Below, in pieces: positions 1 to 10,709 of a stretch of 37,555 nucleotides of DNA. How positions within the stretch are numbered: position 1 is the first letter of the stretch; every line of letters begins with the position of its first letter. The stretch is from Octopus bimaculoides. Lineage: Eukaryota. Below the pieces are notes generated by a model, which searched no databases, was not told where the DNA came from, and was given only the letters and a program-made list of their open reading frames with translations. Both the position numbers and the translations under genes were made by a program. Location of the stretch: positions 139,972,394-140,009,948 of the forward strand of contig NC_068983.1 of NCBI RefSeq assembly GCF_001194135.2, given 5' to 3'.

Positions 1-25
1 TATATATATATATATATATATATAT

Positions 26-68
<43 letters not shown>

Positions 69-133
69 TACTTTATGTACATATTTACATATATATGTAT
101 ATATATATGCATGCACACATATATGTATGTATG

Positions 134-164
<31 letters not shown>

Positions 165-222
165 GGGGCATAAAGGGAGAGAGGGAGAGAGAGAAAAGGA
201 GAAAGATGGGAGAGAGCGAGAT
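1..222. repeat. Compound microsatellite: (TA)n, (TAGA)n, (TATG)n, (GA)n
   Basis: Directly visible simple repeats from the window start. Confidence 0.95.
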
Positions 223-369
223 GACTACATGTTCATAATTATTACCTTTGTTACTTCATATCACTTGGTGTCAGACTTGCTCAGGACGAAGGATTCGGAG
301 ATTAAATACTTTCGAGGACTACGATGTCTTATACTGACCATCCTCAGCTCTTTCCTAATTTCAGAATAT

Positions 370-774
370 CTACGCACACACATACACGCACACACACACG
401 CACATACACGAACGCATATGTATATACGTGTATGTGTGTGTGTGTGTGTGTATGAGCATGCCTGTGCGTATGTATTTATATATATATATATATATATATA
501 TCCCTCTCTTTTCACAGGGACCATAACGATCATTCGTCCCTTGTCAGTTCATTAACATAGTGCCTTTGTTGCTTTTGAGTCGTTTTGATTTTAGCAATAC
601 TGGCACTGGTTAGAGCCCCTGTTGTTTCTAGTGACGTATATTATTTTCCTTTCATGTTGCAAAATTGGGAATTACCCACCCATATTATATATATATTTGC
701 ATATATATGTGTGTGTATGTGTATGAGTATACATATGTATATATATATAATATATATATATATATATGCATATA

Positions 775-815
<41 letters not shown>

Positions 816-1031
816 NNNNNNNNNNNNNNNNNNNNNNNNNNNNNNNNNNNNNNNNNNNNNNNNNNNNNNNNNNNNNNNNNNNNNNNNNNNNNNNNNNNNN
901 NNNNNNNNNNNNNNNNNNNNNNNNNNNNNNNNNNNNNNNNNNNNNNNNNNNNNNNNNNNNNNNNNNNNNNNNNNNNNNNNNNNNNNNNNNNNNNNNNNNN
1001 NNNNNNNNTATATATATATATATATATATAC

Positions 1032-1064
<33 letters not shown>

Positions 1065-1065
1065 C
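370..1065. repeat. (CA)n/(TG)n/(TA)n microsatellite block around N-gap 816-1008
   Basis: Directly visible; explains all overlapping YIYI/HTHT/CVCV ORFs. Confidence 0.95.
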
Positions 1066-1144
1066 ATTTGTAGTTATATAGGCAGGTACGTAAGAGGGAG
1101 TGTAATAACGACAGCAGGATGCATGAAAATCTATTCAAATAAAC

Positions 1145-2115
1145 GCATGTAAATATGTACAATTTCAAAACACATCCACGCACTTATGCATGCGTGCATG
1201 GACGCGCATGTACGCATGTAGTTAGAGAGAGGTAGAGATAGTGTAGGAGTAGAATTGCAGCAGCATATAAGGAAATCAATATAAATGCATATAGCTATGA
1301 ACGATTCCAATGCACGCAGACAGGCACGCACACACTTTCACGCAGACATAATGATATATACACATTGAGAAACGCAACAACACACATCCACAGACATTCA
1401 TAGCCACCACGCATACTTGCGTACACACACGCCCGCATACACATGCAAAGGCAAACCATCACGCATTCACACACACTTAGATATGCACAGGCATAGGCCC
1501 CCATATGCGCGCATACAAGCGCACGTACAGTCACATAGGCACGCAGAAGGACGCATGAGCACGAGCGTACACAATGACGCGTACCTATTCAGAAAGCCTC
1601 ACATGGCATACCCATGCATAGACATACTGGAATGCATGCACCTAAGCCAGATCTCAAACACCCACACACAGACATCTACAAGCATGCACATTCGCATACA
1701 AAAGATCAACCACAGCAAAGCGCACTTTACAACACACTGACGCGCTCACCTACACACCAACGTACATGCTTTGCCATTTCAATCTCTCCCCTTCCACTCG
1801 TCCACCCTAGATAGGGAGCTACAGCCTTAAATATTCATGTGATGACAAGCGAATCCCAGCAGAACGAAGACTCAACTGACCTTGCACAAAAGACCAAACC
1901 CTTGAAGAGGTCATGGATGGTTAATGCACTCACACACTCACACACACGCACAGAGGTACCCACACACACGCACTCACAAACATAGATGTAGTCACGCGGG
2001 TGTATACCTAACCACAAAGATACGCACATGCACGTGCACACACAATCACAAACACACGCGCAAACTACTCATTTATTCTTATGTTTCCCTTACAGATCTA
2101 CATAAACACATATAG
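1145..2115. repeat. Degenerate alternating purine-pyrimidine low-complexity tract (CACG/CATG/CGCA/CACA)
   Basis: Dense gcat, gcac, acgc, gtac and caca words over about 1 kb; no discrete unit. Confidence 0.7.
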
Positions 2116-2411
2116 CTATACATACAAACAGACAGAAGACCACCTCCGGGACGGACTTAGAGCAGACCTTGAAGAGAGAGATAGATTCACTGAATAGGTC
2201 CCAAATAGAGAAGACAGGACCTACACAGGAAAACAAGTGATTGTTTTTTAACTAGCTCATTAAACAAACGATCGATCAGTTAGTTGGTTAGTTATTTAAC
2301 GAATTGACTACCAAAATGAAGTGATATTGATCCACTGCGTGTGTTATCATTATTGGAGTAACGACTCTCCCATGACACCACACACATACGTGCTTACATA
2401 CATATATGTAT

Positions 2412-2500
2412 TTATCATCATCATAATCATCATCATCATCATTATCATCATCATCATTATTATTATTATTATTATTAGTAGTAGTAGTAGTATCATCATC
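2412..2500. repeat. Compound triplet microsatellite (ATC)n(ATT)n(AGT)n
   Basis: Directly visible. Confidence 0.95.
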
Positions 2501-2797
2501 AGTACCGGACAGCCTCCAGAAAGCAAAGGCATCAAAAATTATCTCTACATTTATTCCATTTTAGATGGAGAGTACTTTCAAGAGCACATGGGCTGAACCC
2601 ATCAAGGTTATAATTTGTAGTTCACAGAGATTGGAGTTACCAGGGAGTTACTTCATCTACTACTCAGCACTCTTCTGCATTGTTGTGATTTCAATTTGCA
2701 GATCATTATAGTGACAAAGCTTTTCATATTCTTTTCTTCAGACATTTTCATCTTACTGGACAGTCATTTCTATTAACAGACAAGTTCCTCTGTTGCA

Positions 2798-2798
<1 letters not shown>
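2501..2798 (-). mobile_element. 5'-truncated 3' end of an R4/Dong-like (RLE-type) non-LTR retrotransposon, decayed
   Basis: Minus-strand translation gives LIEMTVQ*DENV*RKEYEKLCHYNDLQIEITTM and LPGNSNLCELQIITLMGSAHVLLKVLSI* (stop at 2561-2563). This matches the C-terminal restriction-like endonuclease pattern (xIDxxxP...KExEKxxKYxDLxxEI ... QKxxLxGTAHILR) of R4-clade elements. Confidence 0.7.

Positions 2799-2873
<75 letters not shown>
2799..2873. repeat. (ATT)n microsatellite
   Basis: About 25 perfect ATT units. Confidence 0.97.
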
Positions 2874-2874
<1 letters not shown>

Positions 2875-3102
2875 GTGTGTGTGTGTTTTGTGTATCTGTG
2901 TGTGTAGGAATAAGGAAACTGAAAGCTAAACATCAACATAAATTTAACAGCTGTCACCATCATTATATGTAACTCATGCATAGCCTATGTAAAAGATTAT
3001 GATATATAAATTATGCATACATGAATCCGTCGTTGTCACATGCAGTTGTCCTTAACAATATAACGTATTCAATGTTTGTGTCCGCGGAAATTTCAAACAA
3101 TA

Positions 3103-3185
3103 TTAACTGATGAGTCATTTTGCTACAATCGATCTAAAAATGACAAAAGTGATCCTAGAGCTGCAAATTCTACTGCACTCGTTGA
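3103..3185 (+). ncRNA. Type I hammerhead ribozyme-like motif (probably inactive relic)
   Basis: CTGATGA (3107-3113), 8-bp stem II GTCATTTT/AAAATGAC (3114-3121/3137-3144), AAAA in place of GAAA, stem III AGTG/CACT, UH = TC (3179-3180), and TTAAC/GTTGA stem I one nucleotide out of register. Confidence 0.5.
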
Positions 3186-3187
3186 CG

Positions 3188-3211
3188 TATGTATATATAT
3201 ATATATATACG

Positions 3212-3264
<53 letters not shown>

Positions 3265-3345
3265 NNNNNNNNNNNNNNNNNNNNNNNNNNNNNNNNNNNN
3301 NNNNNNNNNNNNNNNNNNNNNNNNNNNNNNNNNNNNNNNNNNNNN

Positions 3346-3380
<35 letters not shown>
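3188..3380. repeat. (TA)n microsatellite around N-gap 3265-3345
   Basis: Directly visible. Confidence 0.95.
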
Positions 3381-3382
<2 letters not shown>

Positions 3383-3384
3383 CA

Positions 3385-4470
3385 TAATATTAAAGACAAA
3401 AGTGAAGTAGTTCCAACCAATAGTACCCTGTCTGGGGAAATACAAATCCTAAGTGGCGTCCCCCAGGGAACTCTTCTGGGGCTATCACTCTTCACTAGCT
3501 ATGCCGATAATACAAAATTATCACAGACAGTCAAGATATCGTTGTAAGCTTACAGCAGGACTTGAGTTCGATATACAAGTGGGCCGAAATAAGCAAAATG
3601 AAGTATAATGGAAAATTTCAAGCACTGCACTACAAATGCACTACATCCTGCATAGAGAACACACGAACCCACTACAATCCCAGTGTCACTGGTAGTGAAT
3701 GACGTGGGGATCTGTATGTGCAATGACGCACATGCTTATCATTTCATATATTATATGCACATTAACAAGATGGCAGCAATGTGCAGACAACTGGCAGGAT
3801 GGATACTGAGATCCTTCAAGATAAGAGACCAAGAAACTACGTTGAACCTGGAGAAAACATTTGTTCTCAACCGCCTGAACTACTGCACCCAGTTATATTT
3901 ACCACACATTGCCAAATAACAGGGGAGCTTGAAGCAGTCCAATGCCACCAAACTGAAAAGAGTGAAACAGTGCAGCGGATGAGCTACAGATTTAGGCTGA
4001 GAAAACTGCAGCTTTACTCCCTGGAGTGAAGGCGCGAGAGATATGCTATAAACAACATATGGCGAACTCTAGAGGTGCTAGTCGTTAATTTCGGCATTGA
4101 GCGTAATATAAATACTAGAACTGGCCGCCATTTTATTGTACCAATGATACCATCCACTCCATCTGAATTTGAGACCAGTTACGGCAATAGTCTAGGGTTC
4201 AAAGGCCCACAACTCCTCAAAGCCCTGTCACAACAATTGAGAAATCTGCATAATGTGGAAGCAGATGTCTTCAACAAAGAACTAGACACCCTCCTTTCCA
4301 CAATTACAGAAGAGTCGACATCCCGCCATGAGGTACAGATGAGGGCTCTTATATACCTATGGGTCAACAACTGGGACAAAGGCATATACAGGAGTGGTGA
4401 TGTGAAACACTCCAGACGGTGGTGCACCAGCATGACCGAAGTCGCATGGCTGAATGGAATAAGAGATTCA
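3385..4470 (+). mobile_element. Decayed CR1/L2-group (Jockey superfamily) LINE, RT domain to 3' end
   Basis: Fragmented frames give SGVPQGTLLGLSLF, YADNTKL, LQQDLSSIYKWAE, CRQLAGWILRSFK, LNRLNYCTQLY, RLRKLQLYSLE, RTGRH, NSLGFKGPQL and FNKELD. These are in the canonical order for the CR1/L2-group RT C-terminal half, with many stops and frameshifts. Confidence 0.85.
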
Positions 4471-4484
4471 GTGAATAAAAAAAT

Positions 4485-4509
4485 ATACATACATACATAC
4501 ACACACACA

Positions 4510-4553
<44 letters not shown>
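4485..4553. repeat. (CA)n microsatellite before N-gap 4554-4849
   Basis: Directly visible. Confidence 0.95.
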
Positions 4554-5036
4554 NNNNNNNNNNNNNNNNNNNNNNNNNNNNNNNNNNNNNNNNNNNNNNN
4601 NNNNNNNNNNNNNNNNNNNNNNNNNNNNNNNNNNNNNNNNNNNNNNNNNNNNNNNNNNNNNNNNNNNNNNNNNNNNNNNNNNNNNNNNNNNNNNNNNNNN
4701 NNNNNNNNNNNNNNNNNNNNNNNNNNNNNNNNNNNNNNNNNNNNNNNNNNNNNNNNNNNNNNNNNNNNNNNNNNNNNNNNNNNNNNNNNNNNNNNNNNNN
4801 NNNNNNNNNNNNNNNNNNNNNNNNNNNNNNNNNNNNNNNNNNNNNNNNNTAAGACCGGTAGAGAGATATACATACTTGTTTGCTTTTAAGTTTAGATATA
4901 ACAACAACAATTTTACGTTCATCTCATGGGTTACTCTATACTTTTGTAGAGTGTGAGTTTATAGTTAGACAAAACATTTGTTCACACACACATATCTATA
5001 AACACACACACACACACATACACACATATATATATT

Positions 5037-5214
5037 AGATCGCTAGCCACTATACCTTTTTCTATTTTCTCTTCCAGTTTATTTCTGCGTTCCTTTTTGT
5101 CAAAGAGCGTAGGCCCGAATCGTAAAAGACTTTCTCACTTCCCGAGCGTTTTACTAATACATCAGTTTGTTGTTTACACACCCGTCTTCGTCTTTTGTTT
5201 TTTCGTAAATTCTC
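5037..5214 (+). mobile_element. Penelope-like element terminal (pLTR-like) fragment with degenerate hammerhead-shaped motif
   Basis: AGAGC-GTAG-GCCC-GAAT-CG-TA-AAAG architecture followed by a T-rich tail; resembles an abundant octopus repeat recalled from memory. Confidence 0.5.
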
Positions 5215-5627
5215 ATGGTACACACACACACACACATATATATATATGTAATGTGTGTGTGTATGTGTGTGGGTGTACGTGTTCGTGCGCATGTACGCAT
5301 ATTTAGCCTTTGCAGCCGAAAATGTTTATGCTATCTTTTTTCTAATATATTCCTTAGGTTGCACATAATTTGATTCGATTAAGTGTTTCGCGATTCTTAA
5401 CATTACGACTCAATATATAGTTCCATTAGCTTTATATTGCTGTTATCTCCTTAGCACTTTACAATTCTTCACATACATCTTCACCTGTAAATTCTTACGA
5501 ATTTATATCGGCTATTAACGTGAGAATCCCCATTACATGTGTCATTCGTTATGAGCAATAAATTCTGGTGTCCGAGATTATATGAGGAAGTTGAAGGAAG
5601 GTATATATCCAAATCTTATGCAACGAT

Positions 5628-5666
<39 letters not shown>

Positions 5667-6052
5667 TGTATTTATATATGCCTACACATTGACTCAGGCA
5701 CACGCACGTGTGAGCGTAAATCTCTGTGTAAGAGCATTGATATATATATNNNNNNNNNNNNNNNNNNNNNNNNNNNNNNNNNNNNNNNNNNNNNNNNNNN
5801 NNNNNNNNNNNNNNNNNNNNNNNNNNNNNNNNNNNNNNNNNNNNNNNNNNNNNNNNNNNNNNNNNNNNNNNNNNNNNNNNNNNNNNNNNNNNNNNNNNNN
5901 NNNNNNNNNNNNNNNNNNNNNNNNNNNNNNNNNNNNNNNNNNNNNNNNNNNNNNNNNNNNNNNNNNNNNNNNNNNNNNNNNNNNNNNNNNNNNNNNNNNN
6001 NNNNNNNNNNNNNNNNNNNNNNNNNNNNNNNNNNNNNNNNNNNNNNNNNNNN

Positions 6053-6117
<65 letters not shown>

Positions 6118-6125
6118 CAGCAACA
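6053..6125. repeat. (AAT)n grading into (AAC/AGC)n
   Basis: Directly visible after N-gap 5750-6052. Confidence 0.95.
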
Positions 6126-6130
6126 GCATC

Positions 6131-6307
6131 AGAAAAATACATTGGGAATGAGATCCCAGGTTCGAAGTTCCCCCGGAACACCTGATGAAGGCTGGAGAGT
6201 ACATCACCCGAAACCTTGTGTTAACAACACAGAAGATAAGGACAAATACCCGTCAAATGTAACTAACGTAAATAATGTACATAATTCCTCACCTCTCAAA
6301 TATAGAA
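6131..6307 (+). mobile_element. Penelope-like element terminal fragment containing a minimal hammerhead motif
   Basis: Contains AACAC-CTGATGA-A-GGCTG-loop-CACCC-GAAA-CC-TT-GTGTT; the CTGATGAAGG...CCGAAAC signature is typical of PLE pLTRs. Confidence 0.6.
6177..6222 (+). ncRNA. Minimal type I hammerhead ribozyme relic
   Basis: Perfect 5-bp stem I (AACAC/GTGTT), intact CTGATGA and GAAA, stem II with one mismatch, stem III ACCT instead of palindromic ACGT. Confidence 0.6.
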
Positions 6308-6759
6308 ATGCATACATACAGTTTATACATATACAAATACACACACACACATACACACACATGCACACATTTATATACATCATTACAAGAGTAAGGGAAT
6401 GGAGTAGAAAAAATCCGAGCTACATATGTTCCATAGCGAGTGGAACTTCAGAAGTGGTAAAACCCAAGCAAAGTGTATACCGCCGGCTACTCTTATTGGT
6501 TAGATCAAAAGCTACATTGCTTTCCTCGATGAAAAAATAAATATATATTCCGCAGCGTTCCGTCTCAATAAACCATTGATGATCCTGAAAGTTGTTTATT
6601 CTTATATTCACTACTGATTGCTCGAAACTAACATTCCCCTTACCCCTCGATGCCTGGATCTTACATTTATTTATATGTATATACCTACATAGTCGTATTC
6701 AGATATATACAGATATGGAATAATATATATATATATATATATAAACACGTACACACACC

Positions 6760-6825
<66 letters not shown>

Positions 6826-7295
6826 AACTTATATGCATTTATGTAGATACCCATATGCACATGCATGTGTGTGTGTGCGAGTAAGTGTCCGCATAAGTGT
6901 GTGTATGTGCATACGTAATATCTATTTCAGCTTATGCAAACGTCTTTGGTAATATACCTGTAATGTCGGATATAAGTCGTTGACACTTTAATTAATAAAT
7001 ACCAAGAGAAATATGTTTTCATAATTACCACTGTGATCTTTAGATGGAATATTCTTCTCTTTTACACAATCAATATTGTTGGCAGTAACACAAGAAATTA
7101 ATTAGTTAATATCAGCAGAGTCTCTAAATTAAATTGCAATGCCTTATCGATATTAAAAATATCATGGAATATTTTTCGCAAATAAAGTTTCTCAAACATA
7201 AAAATACATGTAAACTCTCACTCTCTCTCTCTCTCACTCTTTCACACACATACGCACGCGCGCACAGATGTGTATATTTTAACACAATATGTATC

Positions 7296-7299
<4 letters not shown>

Positions 7300-7332
<33 letters not shown>

Positions 7333-7453
7333 NNNNNNNNNNNNNNNNNNNNNNNNNNNNNNNNNNNNNNNNNNNNNNNNNNNNNNNNNNNNNNNNNNNN
7401 NNNNNNNNNNNNNNNNNNNNNNNNNNNNNNNNNNNNNNNNNNNNNNNNNNNNN

Positions 7454-7520
<67 letters not shown>
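7300..7520. repeat. (TA)n / N-gap 7333-7453 / (TG)n microsatellites
   Basis: Directly visible. Confidence 0.95.
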
Positions 7521-7521
<1 letters not shown>

Positions 7522-8286
7522 TGTGTATATAGGTTGATATATATTGATATCCATTCATTCCCGTAGATATGTGTGTGTATGGAGAACATGTGTATATGAG
7601 AGAGAGACAGAGATAGAGAAAGAGAGGAAGAGAAAATTATATAAACTCTCTTTTGTATCTTTCAGTTTTCTTTCATTCCTCCAATACATTTCTATTTGTT
7701 TTAGAAAAGTTTAATTTCCATTTTAATGTGTTTTCAATTTACGAGTGAGATTTGAATTATAGGTGAAGCGTGCATTATTGCATTGGACAGATCTCTATTG
7801 AACTTTGGATAACATAATAATTAAAGTACAGCGTTGTATACTTGACATTTATAAGTGACAATCTTTGCTCTATGGCTAATACACACACACACACAAGCAT
7901 ACACACACACACTCATACACACACACACATATATATTATTGCTTTTATATTTATATTCAGCCTCGAAAATCATTCATATTCTTAACTAAGTTTATTTACG
8001 TCTTTTCAAATATGCCCTATATGTAATGGACGTTTTATCTGAAAGCGATATCCCAATGTAAGCCATGCTAATATTATAAATTTTAAAGCGGTCATTGCTG
8101 ATCGTCCCGATTGGAATATGATATCATGAGTCACCAAATTGAAGGTAGGTTCCGTCTTTAGTATTTAGTTCGAGGGTGAAAATTTGGTACGCTGTAGGAA
8201 TTCTCACACACCCATACACATACTATACATATACATATATATGTGTGAGTATGTGTATCAAAATATTTTGATTGAAATTGGTTCGA

Positions 8287-8337
<51 letters not shown>

Positions 8338-10694
8338 NNNNNNNNNNACATGCACATGGAGGAAAGTAAACAAATAGTACGTGAATTTTGACATAAAATA
8401 TTGATTAAAAAACAGAGAAATAATAAACTGCAAATTAGTTCACAACATTCTTCTCCAGATATCATTCATCATCTCTCTGTGCATCCTTCCGAAAGGAATC
8501 TCATCACTAGATTTAAAAGACAACGGATTCCAACACTACTTCCTAATGACGCATTATCTTGAGGAGTGGGTGGAAATATTAGTTTTTTGCATAAATCCCT
8601 TGTAATTATTTCCTGTCTATATAATGAACCAAATATGAGTCAACATTTCCAACAATTTAAAATTCGTGGGCGCCTTAATATCTTGCTATCGTATAGTTAC
8701 AATAACATTCATGGATGCAGTGAGAGAAATATGAAGGAAATCTCGTTTGTAAACTTAAGCATGTTTGATAATATGATATTTTGTTGCTCTCTGATCAATA
8801 TCTCATTTCGTTCTTTTTATCCTTGTTAATCCGGCGGCCTATTCCTCTCTATTACTTCTACCGTAAATTTTGAAACGTCACAATAGAAACCATTTTCCAA
8901 AAACAAAACTAAAAGCACCTTAGATTTTAAAATAAAACCCAGTAAATGCCAACCGAAAGAACACATAAAAACGAACCATTTAAACCAGACAATAGTTGCT
9001 AAGAAATTAGAACATTTAGCAACAAAATAAACTAGCGAAAATGTTATGTTGCTATCGCCAATGATGATGAGGACAATGTCAGCAACAATGAAAATAATAA
9101 ATGTATTGAAGAAGTTATTGATGATAATAATGAAGATGATGAAAACGGCATCGATTTGGACAACGACGATGACGTTTATTGTTGTAAGACTGCTCCGTAA
9201 ATGTATACCTGTGGAAATAGCCACACATACAGAAATGCTAGGATTATATGCAGGCATACTTGCACACACAGACATCGGAGAGTGAGCTCCACTGATTCTC
9301 AAGCGTCAATCATTATTTCCATTGTTGGTGCTAACTTTTATGCGACTGTACCTAGAAACGTATGTTGTTGAATTAAGGCAAGATTTACAAGATACACGAG
9401 TTGATATTTGCTTCTTTATCTTCATTACGTTTTATAAATATACCATTCGTTTCTCTGATTATGGAAGCATTTCTGTTGTGATTTAATCATTTTAGAATTT
9501 TATTTTCAATAGAGCTGACCCAAATTAGCATTCATAGGAACAGAATACGTCATCAGGTGTATTTTTACCTTCCTATAAATAATTTTCGCAATGTTCATTA
9601 TCGTAAGAATAGCAAATTCATTGAATAAACATAAGTTCCCCCGTGCTTTATAGTCTTGTAGTAACTCTAAGCTGATCAAACTCTCTTTATATCTTTCAAG
9701 AATATAGTTACAATATAAAGGTTTTCCCTGATATCGTTCATGTTTTCGCATCTATACTGAAATCTTTCTGAAAGTTTTAGTGTGTACGTCTGATGTTTCT
9801 ATCTTCTCGTGATTCATATATTTGTAATTTAGAACTCGCTAATACAAAGGTAAATGGAATGTGTAACTATAACACGCATTGCAAAACTGTCACATTGAAA
9901 TTTAACAAACTTGTAATACAGTATAATATATTGTACAAAATACACTTTACTGAATTACACTACAAATACATTTCAGTTGTCCATAGAACTCCCTATTCCA
10001 ACACGTAGTATATATATTTTTTACCGTAATTGCAAACCATCATTAGCAGCATCATAGCAATAGTGAAAGTGTTTTGAAAATAATTGCAAAGTAAGGTATT
10101 GCTATTATCTTTTGTATCTGAAGGCGTGTCTGTTTAAAGGAAAGTGCACGTGGTAAAAGCAGGTCAGTGTTTATAGTTTCGGCAATACAATTTCATTTGT
10201 CTGTTTTCGGAATGAATTTAGCATAATCGTCATTTTTTTTTTATTTGGCGTTTAAAAAACATAGCTACTTGGCGTAGTTGTTTAGCTGTAAACAGATCAA
10301 TACTAGTTGTAATAAGTCCCAGGCTCGTTTCGGTATGTACACAAAGCGGCAGGTTTTTCATCTGTAATTTTACAGCATTTAAGTAGTTCATTATTACGTC
10401 CTACTAAAATGCATTTGTACTTTATTTCTGATATGACTAGAGCTAAATACATTTTATTTACAATTCTCAATGTTTTCTTACACTTTTGTATTGTCCTGTT
10501 ACTTTCAGCAATTTCTTGTTAGCTGCGAAGATGATTAAATGCTGAGAGAACTATTGATAAGTTCTTGAATGTAAAATTCCTTCAGTGGTCATAAAAATAA
10601 ACACTTATTTAACAAGGTTAGTACTTGCAATAATGTTCGAGATATTATTCATCCTATATTCTATGAATAGTATTCTATGCTAATACAATACTGC

Positions 10695-10709
10695 TCACGT
10701 CACTTCCGC
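10695..10709 (-). promoter_or_regulatory. ETS-CRE composite motif (GCGGAAGTGACGTGA)
   Basis: The minus strand reads GCGGAAGTGACGTGA, a 14/15 match to the vertebrate promoter composite (G/C)CGGAAGTGACGTCA. It has three CpGs in CpG-poor surroundings. No linked gene was identified. Confidence 0.3.

Noticed and set aside
280-365. Minus-strand CTGAGGA...TCCTC-GAAA-GTAT-TT, a possible fifth hammerhead in a PLE-like terminus
   Set aside because: The CTGAGGA overlaps the strand needed for stem II, so the core and stems cannot be assembled in canonical register; at best a rearranged relic.
229-1183. Many overlapping 100-180 aa ORFs (YIYI, HTHT, CVCV, poly-X)
   Set aside because: They are products of dinucleotide microsatellites and N-gaps; the same applies to the ORFs at 3076-3495, 4179-4922, 5539-6207, 7134-7589, 14650-15304, 18047-18431, 21678-22153 and 22809-23444.
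9520-9560. Minus-strand CTGATGA followed by a 6-bp stem (GTATTC/GAATGC)
   Set aside because: There is no GAAA or stem III after stem II; compatible with chance.
9506-9751. 81-aa minus ORF (MRKHERYQGK...)
   Set aside because: No recognisable domain or splice context; the length is within chance expectation.
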